A stretch of 63,868 nt of DNA, the filler included, from Octopus bimaculoides (Eukaryota), in the NCBI RefSeq assembly GCF_001194135.2. It is 5 parts of 5 records of this genome, joined end to end, with 100 filler letters (N's around TTAATTAATTAA, not from the genome) between each part and the next. Parts side by side here need not be neighbours in the genome. Positions count along the whole stretch, not along the records: positions 61,748 to 63,868 come from NC_068991.1; 4 more parts are not named here. The stretch is one strand, 5' to 3'. The notes beneath the pieces were generated by a model. It made no database searches and was not told where the DNA came from. It was given only the letters and a program-made list of their open reading frames with translations. The position numbers were made by a program, and so were the translations under genes. Positions 62,334 to 63,868 of the stretch are shown one piece after another (position 1 is the first letter of the stretch; each line of letters starts with the position of its first letter).

Positions 62334-63295
62334 TATATGCAAACACTGATAGGCTCTCATCGTGTCGGTCTCTATCTCTGGGCTTTCGATTCTCTGATCA
62401 ACTGAACGACCAAACTATTAAATAAGTGTGTGAAGTTACTAAGTATTCTACACACACGTGTACCCTTAACAAAATAACCCTGGCAAAATCTTGCGTGAAC
62501 ACAATTGGGACAAGACTGAAATACATACATACAGTCCAACTGACGCAGTGTCTGTCTTCCCGAAACCATTCACATGGCTTGAGCTAACTCGAAGTTGTTT
62601 CATTTAAACATTCTTTCCTATATACTGAGTGTATGTTTCGAGTCGCTTCGTCTGCAGAGTTTCCTTTTTGTACTCATAAATCATTATGTGCCTGAAATGC
62701 TCTTTGGATACTTCCATATTAGAAAGGGAAGTACAAACACAAATTTTATTATTCTGTAAAATAATATTTAATTAGTTTAAATGTACACAAATTCATAAAA
62801 GTAATTTTTAATTCCATTAGACATTCTAAAATATTATTAAATTTCATTCAATTCTAAAAAAGGTAAAATCGGACAGAACTTATGGGATGACCTGATATTA
62901 TGCGTGTGTGTATAAATTTTACAAAGAAAAACTTGGCAGTGACTTCGACGTTTCGTCAGATAGTCAAGCAAGCTGTAACTTCGAAGACAGTCATGCTTTC
63001 TTTGTAAAATTTTAATAAACTTGCACTCTGTTGAAAGTATTGAGTAATCCATCGGTTTAATCTTAAATTGTTTTTATATAAAGCTTGACATTAAAACAAA
63101 TATTCCTATCTGCGTGTAAACGTGTGTGTGTGTGTGTGTGTGTGTGTTCGTACGTGTGTGTGTGCGTGTGTGCGTGCATGTGTGTGTGTATCTGTCAGTG
63201 TGTGTGCGTATGTGTGCATGTGTGTATTTATATGCGTGCTTCTCTATGTGTATGTGTGTGTCAAAACACACAAACGCACGCCCAGGCACGCACTG

Positions 63296-63384
<89 letters not shown>

Positions 63385-63782
63385 CGCACGCACAAAGTAT
63401 TCTATACAATACTAAAATGTTTACGCCTGCAAACAAAGTTATCTTTGAAATAGCTAAACCAATTGTTTGCAGTACTTATTTTCTGTCAAATTAAATGCAT
63501 CACTGTATATCTCAGACAACAAAGAAGACAAATTCATCGACAATCACTCTTTTACATACCCCCACACAGACACACGCACACACACACTCACACATCCATA
63601 TATATACACACACACACACGCGCACTTACACGCACACACCCATTCGCCGAAACGTATGTGCACCCATGCACGACTTTATGCATTGAATCACTCCGCCTGT
63701 AAAGTTGCTTAAATCAACAGACCCTGAAAGAAAAATATTGACAGAGGATGGTCCATGTGAATGACATTTATTTTTCTGTCAG

Positions 63783-63858
63783 GGAATTTTGGTGATTGTG
63801 ATGGGGAGTTGGATACATGGCAGAGATGAACGCGCACAAGCGACACACTATTAATTCA
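63783..63858 (+). other. Candidate exon (5'UTR plus possible start MAEMNAHKRHTINS from 63817)
   Basis: Acceptor atttatttttctgtcAG at 63781-63782 and donor GTATGT at 63859. ATG 63817 is open to the donor in phase 0. Product not recognised. Confidence 0.35.
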
Positions 63859-63868
63859 GTATGTATGT

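Overview
Repeat-dense, gap-rich animal genomic DNA. The SINE/LINE content resembles that of octopus (coleoid cephalopod); this is recognition, not a database result. One host gene is confidently recognisable: the first coding exon of phosphoglucomutase-1 (ATG 10139, GT donor 10385). No further PGM1 exon was found in the remaining ~53 kb. Most of the rest is mobile DNA: tRNA-derived SINEs of several families, an RTE LINE, stacks of (TAA)n-associated R4/Dong-like LINEs, mariner, hAT, Merlin-like and unclassified TIR elements with readable target-site duplications, a Gypsy 5' end, a 159-bp satellite, long foldbacks and many microsatellites. Four identical 100-bp linkers (44 N + TTAATTAATTAA + 44 N) mark artificial scaffold joins, so continuity across them is unproven. 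Nearly all long ORFs in the supplied track are microsatellite or N-gap artefacts. The best leads are: a possible second gene starting just after the first join; (TAA)n tracts acting as landing pads for stacked retroelements; a 126-bp TIR element with a telomere-like loop and 6-bp TSD; and several long hairpins that could be ADAR substrates. No clearly new biological system is demonstrated. Many SINE boundaries are approximate.
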